Source: Myxococcota bacterium
GTDB taxonomy: Bacteria > Myxococcota_A > UBA9042 > PHBI01 > JAWLBL01
Reading direction: 5' to 3'
DNA length: 64,000 nt
Assembly: GCA_041687695.1 (NCBI GenBank)
Contig: JAWLBL010000009.1
Location: 202,906-266,905 of the forward strand
In this document: positions 10,008-22,413 of the stretch, piece after piece
Position numbering within the stretch: the first letter of the stretch is position 1
How the letters are laid out: each line of letters begins with the position of its first letter
Notes under the pieces: generated by a model
What the model was told of the DNA's origin: nothing
Database searches by the model: none
The model's input: only the letters and a program-made list of their open reading frames with translations
Position numbers and translations under genes: made by a program

Positions 10008-10423
10008 TCGTGGTCGACACCTCGGTCCTGGTCGACTTCTTCCGGGGCCGCGAGACCCGAGCGACTCGGCGGCTCGAGGAGCTCGAGCGCAGCGACGTCC
10101 CATTTTCCATCCCGACCGTGTGCTGCCAGGAGCTTCTTCAGGGCGCCCGAGATGAAGCCGAGTGGTCGACGTTGCACGACTATCTGGGGACCCAGCGCCT
10201 CCTGTCGCCCAGCGATCCGTGGCGAACCCATGTGGAAGCCGCGCGCATCTACTTCGAGGGCCGTCGAGGCGGCCTGACCATCCGTAGCACGGTGGACTGC
10301 TTCATCGCGGCCCTGACGCTGGAGATGGCCGGAACCCTGCTTCACGACGACATCGACTTCGAGCGGATCAAGGCCATCCGCGACCTGCCGACGCTCGGAG
10401 GTCCAGCCCTTCGCGAGGGGTGA
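10004..10423 (+). CDS. vapC: VapC PIN-domain ribonuclease toxin
   Basis: IVVDTSVLVDFFRG, QELLQG, TIRSTVDCFIA, LLHDDIDF acidic PIN residues. Confidence 0.92.
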   Translation: MIVVDTSVLVDFFRGRETRATRRLEELERSDVPFSIPTVCCQELLQGARDEAEWSTLHDYLGTQRLLSPSDPWRTHVEAARIYFEGRRGGLTIRSTVDCFIAALTLEMAGTLLHDDIDFERIKAIRDLPTLGGPALREG

Positions 10424-10497
10424 CCCGGGCGCGTCTCCTGGCGCTGACTACGGTGTGCAGGCGGGGACTCCGGGAAGCTCGATGAGCTGCTGGTCGG

Positions 10498-10953
10498 TCA
10501 CCGCGGTGGGCACTCTATCGGGCCGGGGACCTCGATGGGCCAAACGCGTCTGCCGAGTCGCAGGGCGTAGTTGCCGGCCGGGACCGGGCCCAGCTCGCAC
10601 TCGGCCGTCGCCTTACGACAGGCGCTGAAGCAGGCCTTCGGCTGGGTGGTCGGCGTGGTGACGCGGGCCGAGCTGAAGACCAGGATCTGCGACTCGACCA
10701 GCGCGGCCTCGCAGCTGAGGTCCTCGACGGCCCCGCCGCAGGGGACGCAATCGGAGAAGATCTCGACCACCAGCTCGTCGCCGGGCTGGATCATCTTCGA
10801 GGCGGTTGGCGTCAGCGAGCGCACGCAGGCGGAGCCCTCGTCGAAGCGGGTCTCGGTGATCTCGTCCGGCCCGGAGTCGCAACCGCCGAAGACGAACAGC
10901 AGCGTACCGAGCCCTGCGAGGAGTGGAGCGTAGCTCCAGCGGTCTCGACTCAT
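10498..10953 (-). CDS. Small Cys-rich lipoprotein
   Basis: MSRDRWSYAPLLAGLGTLLFVFGGC lipobox, GGAGGA RBS, paired cysteines; real part of shadow ORF 10498..14913. Confidence 0.7.
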   Translation of the reverse strand: MSRDRWSYAPLLAGLGTLLFVFGGCDSGPDEITETRFDEGSACVRSLTPTASKMIQPGDELVVEIFSDCVPCGGAVEDLSCEAALVESQILVFSSARVTTPTTQPKACFSACRKATAECELGPVPAGNYALRLGRRVWPIEVPGPIECPPR

Positions 10954-11070
10954 GGTGTCCTCCCGAATCGAACAGCATGAGCGACCCGCGGCGGCACCGC
11001 AAGATCGGCCGTGCGCCCGCTGACGACCGGGGCCTGAGGGGGGCCTCGGAAGTGCCTTAGGCTTGGGGCC

Positions 11071-14000
11071 GTGAGCGCCAAGGAACCGAGCTTCGACGCC
11101 GTCGTCCTGGATGTGGACGGGGTCGTCACCGACACGGCGCGGCTGCACGAGCGGGCGTGGAAGGCGCTGTTCGACGCCGCCTTGCCCCAGCTGGGCGATG
11201 CCCGGCCGTTCACGCACGAGGACTATCGGGAGCACGTCGACGGCAAGCCGCGGGTCGACGGGCTGCGGGCGCTGCTGAAGGCGCGCGGGCTCGAGGTCGA
11301 CGACGAGCAGGTCGCCTCGCTCGCGGCCGACAAGGACCAGCGCTTCCAGGCGCTGCTGGCCAGCGAAGGGGTGACCGCCTTCGAAGACGCGGTGACGGCG
11401 CTGCGGGGCTGGCGGCGGCTGGGGCTGGGCGTCGCCTTCGTGTCGGCCAGCCGCAACGCGGGGCAGGTGCTCGAGGCGGCCGGGGTCGCCGACCTGGCGG
11501 ACCTGCGGGTGGACGGCCGGGTGGCGGCCGAGCTGGGGCTGAGCGGCAAGCGGGCCCTTTTCCGCGAGGCGGCGCGGCGGCTGCGGGTCGAGCCGGCCAG
11601 CGCGGTGGCCGTCGAGGACGCGGTGGCCGGCGTGGCCGCGGCGCGCGACGAGGGCTTCGGGCTGGTGGTGGGCGTGTCGCGCGAGGGGGACGGCGGCGCC
11701 CTGCGTCAGGCCGGCGCGCACCGGGTGGTGGCGCGGCTGACGGAGCTGCCGACCTTCGCCGAGGCCGGGTCGGTGCGCGCGAGCGCGCTGGCTTCGGCGC
11801 TGTGCCTGGATCTGCTGATCGCGCACGTTGGCCGCCGCCGGGTGGCCGTGTTCCTGGACTACGACGGGACGCTGTCGCCCATCGTCGACCAGCCCAGCGC
11901 CGCCGAGCTGCCCGAGCCGACCCGCGAGTCGCTGCGCGCGCTGGTCGCCCGCTGTCCCGTGGCGGTCGTCAGCGGGCGAGACCGCCAGGACGTGGCCTCG
12001 CGGCTGGGCGTGGAAGGCCTGTGGGTCGCCGGAAGTCACGGCTTCGACGTCGCCGGGCCCGACGGCCGCACCTTCGAGGCCGACGCCGGGCGGCACGCGC
12101 TGCCCGAGCTGAAGGCCGCCGCCGAGACGCTGACGCGCGACCTGGCGCACCTGCCCGGCGTGCTGGTCGAACGCAAGCGCTTCGCGCTGGCGGTGCACTA
12201 TCGCATGGCGCCGGACGCCGCCGCCGAGGTGACCCGCACCGTCCACCAGGTCGCCTCGAAGGCGCGCCACCTGACGGTCCGCCCGGGGCGCAAGGTGCTC
12301 GAGCTGCGCCCCGACGTCGCCTGGGACAAGGGCCGCGCGGTCGAGCGCGTGCTGGCGCTGCTGCCCGGCGGGGACGAGGAGCTGACGCCGCTGTACGTCG
12401 GCGACGACCACACCGACGAGGACGCCTTCCGCTTCGTCTCGGGCCGCGGGGTGGGCGTGCTGGTCGGGGCGCCGCTGCGGCCGACGCGCGCCGACCTGCG
12501 GCTGGCGGACCCGCGCGAGGTGGCCGAGCTGCTCCGGATGCTGGCGCGCTGGATCGACCACGGCCCGCGTCGGGCCTCGTGGACGCTGTCGTTCGACCGC
12601 CCCGACCCCGAGCGCGAGCGCCACCGCGAGGCGCTGTGCACCCTGGGCAATGGCAACTTCGCCACGCGCGGCGCCGCCGAGGAGGAGCACGCCGGGCCGC
12701 ATCACTACCCGGGCACCTACCTGGCGGGCGGCTACGACCGCATCGCCACCGAGGTCCGCGGCGAGGTGCTGGTCAACGAGGATCTGGTCAACTGGCCCAA
12801 CTGGCTGCGCCTGAGCTTCCGCCCGGTCGGGGGCGAGTGGCTGTCGGTCGACGCGTGCCGGACGCAGGCCTTCGCGCAGACCCTGGATCTGCGCCGCGGC
12901 GTCCTGTCGCGCGTGATGCGCCTGCGCGACCGCGACGGCCGCCAGACGGTGCTGACGGCGCGGCGGCTGGTCAGCATGGACGACCCGCACGTGGGCGCGC
13001 TGAGCTGGGAGCTGCTGCCCGAGAACTGGTCCGGGCCGGTCGAGATCCGGTCGAGCCTGGACGGGACGGTGAGGAACGCCGGGGTCGCGCGGTACGGAGC
13101 GCTGCGCGGCGAGCACCTGACGCCGCTGGGGACCGGCGCGTCCGGGCCGGATCTGATCTGGCTGGACGTCTGCACGCGCCAGTCGCGGGTCCGGATGGCC
13201 CAGATCGCCCGCACCCGCGTCAACGTGCCGGAGCTGCGGCCGCGGCGGGTCGACGAGCACGGCGACCGGATCGACCAGACGCTGCTGGTGGACGCGCGGC
13301 CGGGCCGGGCCATCGAGGTCGACAAGGTCGTCAGCGTCCACACCTCGCGCGACCCGGCCAGCAGCGACCCGCTGGCCGACGCCCGCGAGCGCGTCGCGCA
13401 CCTGCCCGGGTTCGGGGCGCTCGAGGCGGCCCACGCGCGGCGCTGGGCGCAGATCTGGAAGCGCTGCGACATCACGCTGGGTCCGGGTCTGGAAGAGACC
13501 ACGCGCGTCCTGCGCCTGCACCTGTTCCACCTGATGCAGGTCGTGTCGCCGCACATCATCGACCGCGACGTGGGCGTGCCGGCGCGCGGGCTGCACGGCG
13601 AGGCCTATCGCGGACACGTCTTCTGGGACGAGCTGTTCATCCAGCCGTTCCTGGACGTCTCCTGGCCCGAGCTGACGCGCGAGCTGCTGATGTACCGCTA
13701 TCGGCGGCTCGACGCGGCGCGGCGGCTGGCGTCGGCGCTGGGCCTGCGCGGGGCGGTCTATCCGTGGCAGAGCGGCAGCAACGGCCGCGAGGAGAGCCAG
13801 CGGCTGCACCTCAACCCGCGCTCGGGCCGCTGGGTGCCCGACGAGACGGACCGGCAGCGGCACATCGGGGCGGCCGTCGCGTGGAACGTCTGGCGGTACT
13901 ACGGCGCGACCGGCGACCACGAGTTCCTGGCGGCCCACGGCGCCGAGATGCTGGTCGAGATCGCGCGCTTCTGGGCGAGCCTGGCGACCTGGGACGAGGG

Positions 14001-14958
14001 GCTGGGGCGCTTTCGCATCCGCGGCGTGGTGGGCCCGGACGAGTTCCACACGCGGCTGCCGGGGTCCGGCCGACCGGGCCTGGACGACAACGCCTACACC
14101 AACGTCATGGCGGCCTGGTGCCTGCGGGTGGCTGGGCAGGCGCTCGAGGCGATCGGCCCCCGGCGCGCGGCCGAGCTGACGGCGCAGCTGGGGGTGACCG
14201 ACGAGGAGCGGCGCCACTGGGACGAGGTCGCGCGGCGCCTGCGGGTCGTGTTCGACGGCCACGTCATCAGCCAGTTCGACGGCTACGCCGGGCTCGAGGA
14301 GCTGGACTGGGACGCCTACCGGAGCCGGTACGGCGACATCCAGCGCCTCGACCGCCTCATCGAGGCCGAGGGCGACGACCCGAACCGCTACAAGGCCAGC
14401 AAGCAGGCCGACGTGCTGATGCTGTTCTACCTGTTCACCGAGGAGCAGCTGGTCGAGCTGCTCGGCCACATGGGCTACCGGTTCGAGCCCGCGTGGATCG
14501 CCGAGAACGTCGACTACTACGTGCGGCGGACGTCGCACGGGTCGACCTTGAGCCGGGTCGTGCACGCCTGGGTGCTGGCGCGGCTGGACCGCGCGCGGTC
14601 GTGGAGCCTGTTCCAGGAGGCGCTGCGGTCGGACGTGGCGGACATCCAGGGCGGCACGACGTCCGAGGGCATCCACCTGGGCGCGATGGCGGGCACGGTG
14701 GATCTCGTGCAGCGCGGCTACACCGGCGCGGCGGTGCGCGACCGGGTGCTGTGGCTGGACCCGCGCGTGCCGGACCCGATGCCCTGCCTGCGGACCAGCT
14801 TCCTGGTGGGCGGCGCCTGGCTGAGCGTGGTCATCACCAGCGCGCGCCTCGAGGTCGTCTTCGCCAACGGCTGGGCCGACGAGGCGCGCGTCGGCTTCGC
14901 CGGGCAGGTCCACCTCCTGCGGCAGGGCGAGTCGTTGCGCTTCGAGCTGTCAGCGTAG
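11071..14958 (+). CDS. Beta-phosphoglucomutase-like HAD / trehalose-6-phosphate phosphatase / GH65 phosphorylase fusion
   Basis: DVDGVVTDT + DGKPRVDG (HAD); FLDYDGTLSPI, SGRD, GSHG, WDKG, GDDHTDEDAF (OtsB); TLGNG, YRGHVFWDE, GPDEFH, KQAD, HGSTLS (GH65). Confidence 0.92.
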   Translation: MSAKEPSFDAVVLDVDGVVTDTARLHERAWKALFDAALPQLGDARPFTHEDYREHVDGKPRVDGLRALLKARGLEVDDEQVASLAADKDQRFQALLASEGVTAFEDAVTALRGWRRLGLGVAFVSASRNAGQVLEAAGVADLADLRVDGRVAAELGLSGKRALFREAARRLRVEPASAVAVEDAVAGVAAARDEGFGLVVGVSREGDGGALRQAGAHRVVARLTELPTFAEAGSVRASALASALCLDLLIAHVGRRRVAVFLDYDGTLSPIVDQPSAAELPEPTRESLRALVARCPVAVVSGRDRQDVASRLGVEGLWVAGSHGFDVAGPDGRTFEADAGRHALPELKAAAETLTRDLAHLPGVLVERKRFALAVHYRMAPDAAAEVTRTVHQVASKARHLTVRPGRKVLELRPDVAWDKGRAVERVLALLPGGDEELTPLYVGDDHTDEDAFRFVSGRGVGVLVGAPLRPTRADLRLADPREVAELLRMLARWIDHGPRRASWTLSFDRPDPERERHREALCTLGNGNFATRGAAEEEHAGPHHYPGTYLAGGYDRIATEVRGEVLVNEDLVNWPNWLRLSFRPVGGEWLSVDACRTQAFAQTLDLRRGVLSRVMRLRDRDGRQTVLTARRLVSMDDPHVGALSWELLPENWSGPVEIRSSLDGTVRNAGVARYGALRGEHLTPLGTGASGPDLIWLDVCTRQSRVRMAQIARTRVNVPELRPRRVDEHGDRIDQTLLVDARPGRAIEVDKVVSVHTSRDPASSDPLADARERVAHLPGFGALEAAHARRWAQIWKRCDITLGPGLEETTRVLRLHLFHLMQVVSPHIIDRDVGVPARGLHGEAYRGHVFWDELFIQPFLDVSWPELTRELLMYRYRRLDAARRLASALGLRGAVYPWQSGSNGREESQRLHLNPRSGRWVPDETDRQRHIGAAVAWNVWRYYGATGDHEFLAAHGAEMLVEIARFWASLATWDEGLGRFRIRGVVGPDEFHTRLPGSGRPGLDDNAYTNVMAAWCLRVAGQALEAIGPRRAAELTAQLGVTDEERRHWDEVARRLRVVFDGHVISQFDGYAGLEELDWDAYRSRYGDIQRLDRLIEAEGDDPNRYKASKQADVLMLFYLFTEEQLVELLGHMGYRFEPAWIAENVDYYVRRTSHGSTLSRVVHAWVLARLDRARSWSLFQEALRSDVADIQGGTTSEGIHLGAMAGTVDLVQRGYTGAAVRDRVLWLDPRVPDPMPCLRTSFLVGGAWLSVVITSARLEVVFANGWADEARVGFAGQVHLLRQGESLRFELSA

Positions 14959-17490
14959 ATCGACCAGGCGGCTGGCTTTGCGGTAACGGACGCGGAAGCC
15001 GCGGAAGCGGGGCAGGACGCGCGGCGACGGGTCGGGCGCCTTGCGGGCGGCGGCGTTCAGCGGCTCCAGGGTCACGACGCGGCTCTGGGGGCCGACCTCG
15101 CAGCCGTACTGGGCGCCCAGGTGGGTCCAGGTGCGCGGGAAGTCCTCGCGCAGCGCGGCGATGGTCGCCTCCGGCAGGCCGGTCAGGCGCGCCAGATCGG
15201 GCCGCAGGTCGTCGGGCTCGAGCAGCGCCAGATCGGCGCTGGCCTCGACACCCAGCGTCGCCAGCTGCCGGGCCAGGTAGGCGGCGGGGTCGTCGGTCGG
15301 CCAGCCGCGCGCCGCCTCCGCGACGTCGTGCTCGGGCCAGGCGACCAGCAGCGCGTGCAGGTGCACGTGGTCGCGGACGGGGTCGGCGCAGCCCTTGAAC
15401 CGCCCCAGGCGGTTGTCCAGCACCAGCCGCGCCACGGCCTGGCACAGCGCCTCGCCGTGCAGGGGCGCCTCGTCCTCGGCCAGCACGACGCCCGCCAGGC
15501 GCCGGACCGTGCGCCCGACCACCTCGACGCCGCGCGGGCCCGAGCGCGGCTCGGCGGCGGCGACCTCGACCTCGCCCAGCCCCGCCTCGGCCAGCAGCGC
15601 GGGCGCGCAGGGCAGCAGCAGCCGGCCGTAGCCGCGCACCTCGAGCCCCGGACCGCCCAGCCAGAAGTGGCCCAGCAGCACGCCGGCCGTCGGGGCGCGG
15701 CGCTCGGGCGCGCCGTAGGGACGCGGGTGCGGGGGCGACCAGGGGCGCACCCACAGCTCGTCGCCGGCGCCGTTGGCCCAGGGCTCGCGTCCGTCGCCCG
15801 CGTCCGCGCCCGCCCGGGCCCGCTTGGCCTCGGCGCGCGCGCGCAGCACGAAGCCGGCCTGCGGCCACCGCTCCAGCAGGTGCCGGGCCAGCGCGTCGCG
15901 GCGGGGCAGCGGGTCGCGGTCCTGCTCGGGCGGGGTGGCGACGCCCAGGGCCTGCCGCAGCGACGCCGCGACGCGCCGCACCTCGGCCAGCCGCGTGGCG
16001 TGCAGGCCGTGCCGGTCGGCGTCCCCGCGCCGCAGGGCCAGGATCTGCGCCGAGACCTCGTCGTCGGCGTCCCTGAGCAGCGCCTCTCGGGCCTCGTCCG
16101 AGGCCTCGCGCCGGCCGTCGGGCAGGGCGCCGGCCGGCAGGAACAGATCGGTGTCGCCTTCGAGCAGGGCCACGAGATCGGCCAGCGTGGCGGCCAGCGC
16201 GGGCGGCGCCTCGGCGAGCAGCAGCGCGTCGCGGGGCGAGGTCGGCAGCGCCAGCGCCTGGCGGCCGCGCGAGGTCAGGTGACCGCGCTCGTCCAGGGCG
16301 CCCTGGCGGCGCAGGGCCTCGCGGGCGCGGGCGACGGCGAAGGCGGGCGGCGGGCGCAGCCAGGGCGCGCGGTCGAAGCGCTCGCCCTCGAGGCCCAGGC
16401 CGGCGGCGTCCAGCACCAGCGGGTCCAACGCGACGCGGGCGATCTCGGGCTCGGTGTGGGGCTCGGGGCGAAAGCCGCGGGCGAACAGGCGCAGGCAGCG
16501 GCCCGGGCGCACGCGGCCGGCGCGGCCGGCGCGCTGGTCGAGCGAGGCCTGGCTGCAGGGGACGACCGCCAGCGCGGCGCGGCCGGCGCGGTGCAGCGTG
16601 GCGCGGACGAGGCCCGGGTCGATGACGGTGGTGACGCCGGGCAGGGTGACCGAGGTCTCGGCGACGTTGGTGGACAGGAAGACGCGGCGGCGCGGCCAGC
16701 TGGGCCGGAAGGCGGCCATCAGGCGCGGCGCGGGCAGGCTGGCGTGGACCGGCACCAGGTCGAAGGCGTGGCGGCGGGCCAGCGGCTCGAGGGCGGCGGC
16801 GCACCGGGCGATCTCGCCCTTGCCGGGCAGGAAGACCAGCACGTCGCCGGAGTCGTCGCCAGCACGCTCGATGACCCCGGAAATGGCGTCGGCGATCCGG
16901 GCCTCGAGGTCGCGGGCGCTGGGCTCGCTGGGCCCGGCCGCGTAGTCGACCTGCACCGGGAAGGTGCGGCCGTGGCCCTCGAGCACCGCGGCGCCCAGGC
17001 GCGCGGCCAGGGCCTCGGCGTCGACGGTGGCCGAGGTCATGACCAGCTTGGCGGCCGACGGGCCGGGCAGGTCCCGCGCGGCCAGGCGCGCGACCAGCAG
17101 ATCGAGGTCGAGCGAGCGCTCGTGCAGCTCGTCGACCAGCACCGCCACCCAGGGCCACGCGTCGTCGCGCTGCAGCATCCGCAGGGCCACGCCGGTCGTG
17201 GCGAACAGGATGCGCGTGCTCGGGCCGCTGCGGTCCTCGAAGCGCACGCGGTAGCCGACCGCCTGCCCGACCTCGCCGCCCAGCGCCTCGGCGACGAAGC
17301 CCGCCAGCGTACGGCAGGCCACGCGGCGCGGCTCGACGACCAGCACCGGGCCGCCCAGCGTCTCGGACAGCCAGACCGGCAGGCGCGTCGACTTGCCCGA
17401 GCCGGTCGGGGCGACCACCAGCAGGGTGTCGTGGGTCGCGAGGGCGGCCTGGAAGTCCTCGCGCAACGCTTCGATGGGCAGGTCCGACAT
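14950..17490 (-). CDS. hrpB: HrpB-like DEAH-box ATP-dependent RNA helicase
   Basis: APTGSGKST, EPRRVA, DELHER, MTSAT, FLPGKGEI, TNVAETSVT, QRAGRAGR; start placed at MSDLPI. Confidence 0.85.
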   Translation of the reverse strand: MSDLPIEALREDFQAALATHDTLLVVAPTGSGKSTRLPVWLSETLGGPVLVVEPRRVACRTLAGFVAEALGGEVGQAVGYRVRFEDRSGPSTRILFATTGVALRMLQRDDAWPWVAVLVDELHERSLDLDLLVARLAARDLPGPSAAKLVMTSATVDAEALAARLGAAVLEGHGRTFPVQVDYAAGPSEPSARDLEARIADAISGVIERAGDDSGDVLVFLPGKGEIARCAAALEPLARRHAFDLVPVHASLPAPRLMAAFRPSWPRRRVFLSTNVAETSVTLPGVTTVIDPGLVRATLHRAGRAALAVVPCSQASLDQRAGRAGRVRPGRCLRLFARGFRPEPHTEPEIARVALDPLVLDAAGLGLEGERFDRAPWLRPPPAFAVARAREALRRQGALDERGHLTSRGRQALALPTSPRDALLLAEAPPALAATLADLVALLEGDTDLFLPAGALPDGRREASDEAREALLRDADDEVSAQILALRRGDADRHGLHATRLAEVRRVAASLRQALGVATPPEQDRDPLPRRDALARHLLERWPQAGFVLRARAEAKRARAGADAGDGREPWANGAGDELWVRPWSPPHPRPYGAPERRAPTAGVLLGHFWLGGPGLEVRGYGRLLLPCAPALLAEAGLGEVEVAAAEPRSGPRGVEVVGRTVRRLAGVVLAEDEAPLHGEALCQAVARLVLDNRLGRFKGCADPVRDHVHLHALLVAWPEHDVAEAARGWPTDDPAAYLARQLATLGVEASADLALLEPDDLRPDLARLTGLPEATIAALREDFPRTWTHLGAQYGCEVGPQSRVVTLEPLNAAARKAPDPSPRVLPRFRGFRVRYRKASRLVDLR

Positions 17491-17560
17491 GCCGCGCACG
17501 CTAATCGAGGCGCGGCGCCGTGCCCAGTGGTGTAGCATCCCGCCCACCCCGAGGAGACCC

Positions 17561-17992
17561 ATGTCCAACGAGCAGACCGCCCCCGAGGCCGCCGACGAGA
17601 TCCTGTTCCAGCGCGAGTGGCGCGGCCAGGGCCACATCACCTTCACCCTCGACGCCCGCTATCGCTCGCGCACGCGCATGGTCGGCAAGGGGTCGATGGA
17701 GGGCGTGCGCGCCTACGTCGCCATGCTCGACGAGGCGGTGGCGACCTTCGGGCGGGAGCGGACGACCACGTCGCTGGTCGATCTGACCGAGCTGCGCGAC
17801 CCGCCGCTGCGTGCCCAGCTGGTGCTGGGCAAGTGGCTGTTCACACACCGCAAGCAGGTCGAGCGGGTCGCCATCTTCGGCGGGCGTCCCATCGAGATGA
17901 AGGTCGCCCAGGCCGTGGTCACGATGGCGCGGCTCGGCGGCGTCGGCTTCTTTCAGGACGAGGCGAGCGCGCTCGGCTTTCTGGGCTGGTAG
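17561..17992 (+). CDS. STAS/SEC14 (SpoIIAA-like) domain protein
   Basis: LVDLTEL...RVAIFGG...GFFQDEASALGFL pattern; GAGGAG RBS before ATG 17561. Confidence 0.65.
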   Translation: MSNEQTAPEAADEILFQREWRGQGHITFTLDARYRSRTRMVGKGSMEGVRAYVAMLDEAVATFGRERTTTSLVDLTELRDPPLRAQLVLGKWLFTHRKQVERVAIFGGRPIEMKVAQAVVTMARLGGVGFFQDEASALGFLGW

Positions 17993-18024
17993 CGAGCGCG
18001 CTCGGCGTCATGGGTAGGGCTGCG

Positions 18025-18366
18025 TCAGGCGCGCACCGGCTCGAGCACGCGCACCCAGCCCCAGACGTTGTCGCGGCGCTCGGGCCGGATGGCGACCTGG
18101 TGCAGCTCGGTGCCGTCCTGGGCCACCAAGCGCTCGTGCAGGTTGGTCTCTGGCGTGGGGGTGGCGGCCCGGTCGTCGTCGGGCTCGGACCAGCCGGACA
18201 GCCAGTCGAAGTGATGCTGCCGCTCGGGCTGGCGCCACACCGGCAGCCCGTCGACCTGCGGCGGCTGCGGCGACATGGGCGTCCAGTGCGTGATCGCCCC
18301 GCCGTGGCGGGCGGCGAGCAGCTGGTCGTGCTTCAGCTCGATGGTGATCTGCTCCCTCGCGGCCAT
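18025..18366 (-). CDS. Hypothetical protein
   Basis: 113-aa ORF with GAGGAGG RBS and protein-like composition. Confidence 0.55.
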   Translation of the reverse strand: MAAREQITIELKHDQLLAARHGGAITHWTPMSPQPPQVDGLPVWRQPERQHHFDWLSGWSEPDDDRAATPTPETNLHERLVAQDGTELHQVAIRPERRDNVWGWVRVLEPVRA

Positions 18367-18524
18367 GGGCTCCTCCTCGCTCGCGTTCCACCTGACAGGA
18401 GGCTCACGCGCGCGGCCGGTTCAAGGCGCGCGCAGCCGTCGTCACGGCGACCCGGGCGGTCACCCGGGTGGCATGGACACCCTCGCCCGGTTCGCGTCAT
18501 GCTCCGCGTCACGAGGAGGGCGAT

Positions 18525-19216
18525 ATGGCACGCATCGGGGACCGTGGTGAGGGCGTGAGTGCGGGGCGGCGTGGCTTTCTGCGCATGGCGGGGGCGGGGC
18601 TGCTGATCCCGGCCTGGCTGGCGGCCTGCAACAAGGCGGGCGGCGAGGCCGGGGCTGAGGGTGGGCAGGCCAAGGCCGAGGCGCCGAGCGGCGTGGTCGA
18701 GGGCGACGGCAAGCAGAAGGCCAAGGACGGCGAGGCCGAGGCGAACGACGCGGCCCTGTACAACAAGGGCATCGCCATGGAGCAGGGGGCCGTCAACGCC
18801 TACGCGGCCGCGGCCAAGCTGCCGTTCATCGCGAGCGACCCGGCGGTGCTCGCGGTCGCGGCGCACTTCATGGCGGACCACACGGCCCACCGGGACGCGC
18901 TGGCGAGGTGGTGCGAGCAGCTGGGCGGCAAGCCGATCGACCCGGCGACGGCGCCGACGCCCGAGATCCCGGCCGAGATCCTGGACGGCTCGAAGCCGGA
19001 CGACGAGCGCAAGCTGGCCGTGCTGCGCTTCGCGCGCGAGCTGGAGAAGCAGGCCGCGGACGCCTACTTCAAGATGGTGACCGCCAACATGCTGACCGAG
19101 CTGGGCCGGCGCTGCGCGGCCGAGCTGCTGCCGGTCGAGGCGCAGCACGTGGCGGTCTACGACTTCGTCTTGAAGGCCGACAAGGTGACCAGCGCGGCGC
19201 TGTTCTCGGAGCAGAT

Positions 19217-19220
<4 letters not shown>
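18525..19220 (+). CDS. Tat-exported ferritin-like domain lipoprotein
   Basis: GRRGFL twin-arginine motif, WLAAC lipobox; four-helix pattern MEQGAVNAY / DHTAH / LEKQAADAY / VEAQH; AGGAGG RBS. Confidence 0.8.
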
Positions 19221-21252
<2,032 letters not shown>

Positions 21253-21265
<13 letters not shown>

Positions 21266-22413
21266 GCCACCGGCGCGCAGGCCGCCTGGTGTCGGTCCAG
21301 CGCGTCGCGAAAGGCGCGCTCGTCGAAGGCCGCGCCCTGCTCGCGCCAGAGCCCGTCCACGACCAGGTCGGCGCCCTCCATGTGAGCCTCGAAGCGGCCG
21401 ACCAGCCGGCCGTCGTGCAGCAGCGGGCAGACGTACCAGCCCCAGCGCCGCTTGGCGGCCGGCTTGTAGACCTCCCAGACGTAGTCGAAGCCGAAGACGT
21501 GGCGCACCAGCGCGCGATCCCAGATGAGCGGGTCGAGCGGGCCCAGGACGCGCATGCGGCCGTCGTCGTCGGGGAAGGCGCGGTCGAACAGGCGCGGCGG
21601 CGCCAGATAGCGGCGCTTGGCGCCCGTGACCTCGACCTCGACCAGGGCCCCTTCGGCGACCAGCCGGCGTGGCAGGTCCGTCGTCCGCCAGGCCGTCAGC
21701 ATCGACCACCACGGGCCCGCGGCCATCGACAACAGGCCGGCGGCGTGGGCCCGCTCGACCAGCGCCCAACGGGCGAAGGCTTCGGAGGCGTCGCCGTGGG
21801 TGGGGCGGATCGGCGGCTGGTGGGCGTGCTCGGGCAGGGCCCGCTCGGGGACGTCGAACAGCTTGCCGTCGGCGCTGCGCCCGCAGACGACGACGCGGCA
21901 GCGCGTCCACAGGACCTCGAGCGCCATGGACGTGGCGCGGCGGGTCCCCTTCCAGCCGGACCAGTCGATGGGCTCGACCGTGCCGTGGTCCTCGAGGGCG
22001 CCGGCGGTGACCGGCCCGACGGCGCGGACCTCGTCGAGGACGCGCTCGAGGACGCCCTCGGGCAGCCGCCTGAGCCGGTCGCCCAGGCGCCACCACGGGG
22101 TCTGGGCCGCCTGGTCGCGGTAATGGGGGAAGGCCGAGGCGGGCAGGAGGCAGCGCTCCTTGGCGAAGTGCTCGAAGGCGTGGCCCGGGTAGGCGAAGCG
22201 GTAGACGTCGCCGCGGGCCAGGCCGTCGAGGCGCGCGAGGGCGACCAGATCGGCGTTGGTGCCGATGCGGTCGAGCGGGTCGAGCTGGATGCAGCGGAGC
22301 TCGGTCAGCAGCGCGCGCACCCCGGCGGCGCCGGGCGGGAGGGTGACGGCGCGCAGGCCGAGGTGGCCGACCAGGGCGCGGCGCGCCTCGTCGGGGCTGA
22401 CCTGGATCACCAC
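21253..22413 (-). CDS. ycaQ: YcaQ/AlkZ-family (HTH_42) interstrand-crosslink DNA glycosylase
   Basis: IQLDP (QxD), LGPLDPLIWDR, FGFDYVWEVYKPAAKRRWGWY. Confidence 0.88.

Noticed and set aside
10954..15398. 1471-aa antisense and 1413-aa alternate-frame ORFs
   Set aside because: Shadow ORFs of the GH65 fusion, expected at this GC content
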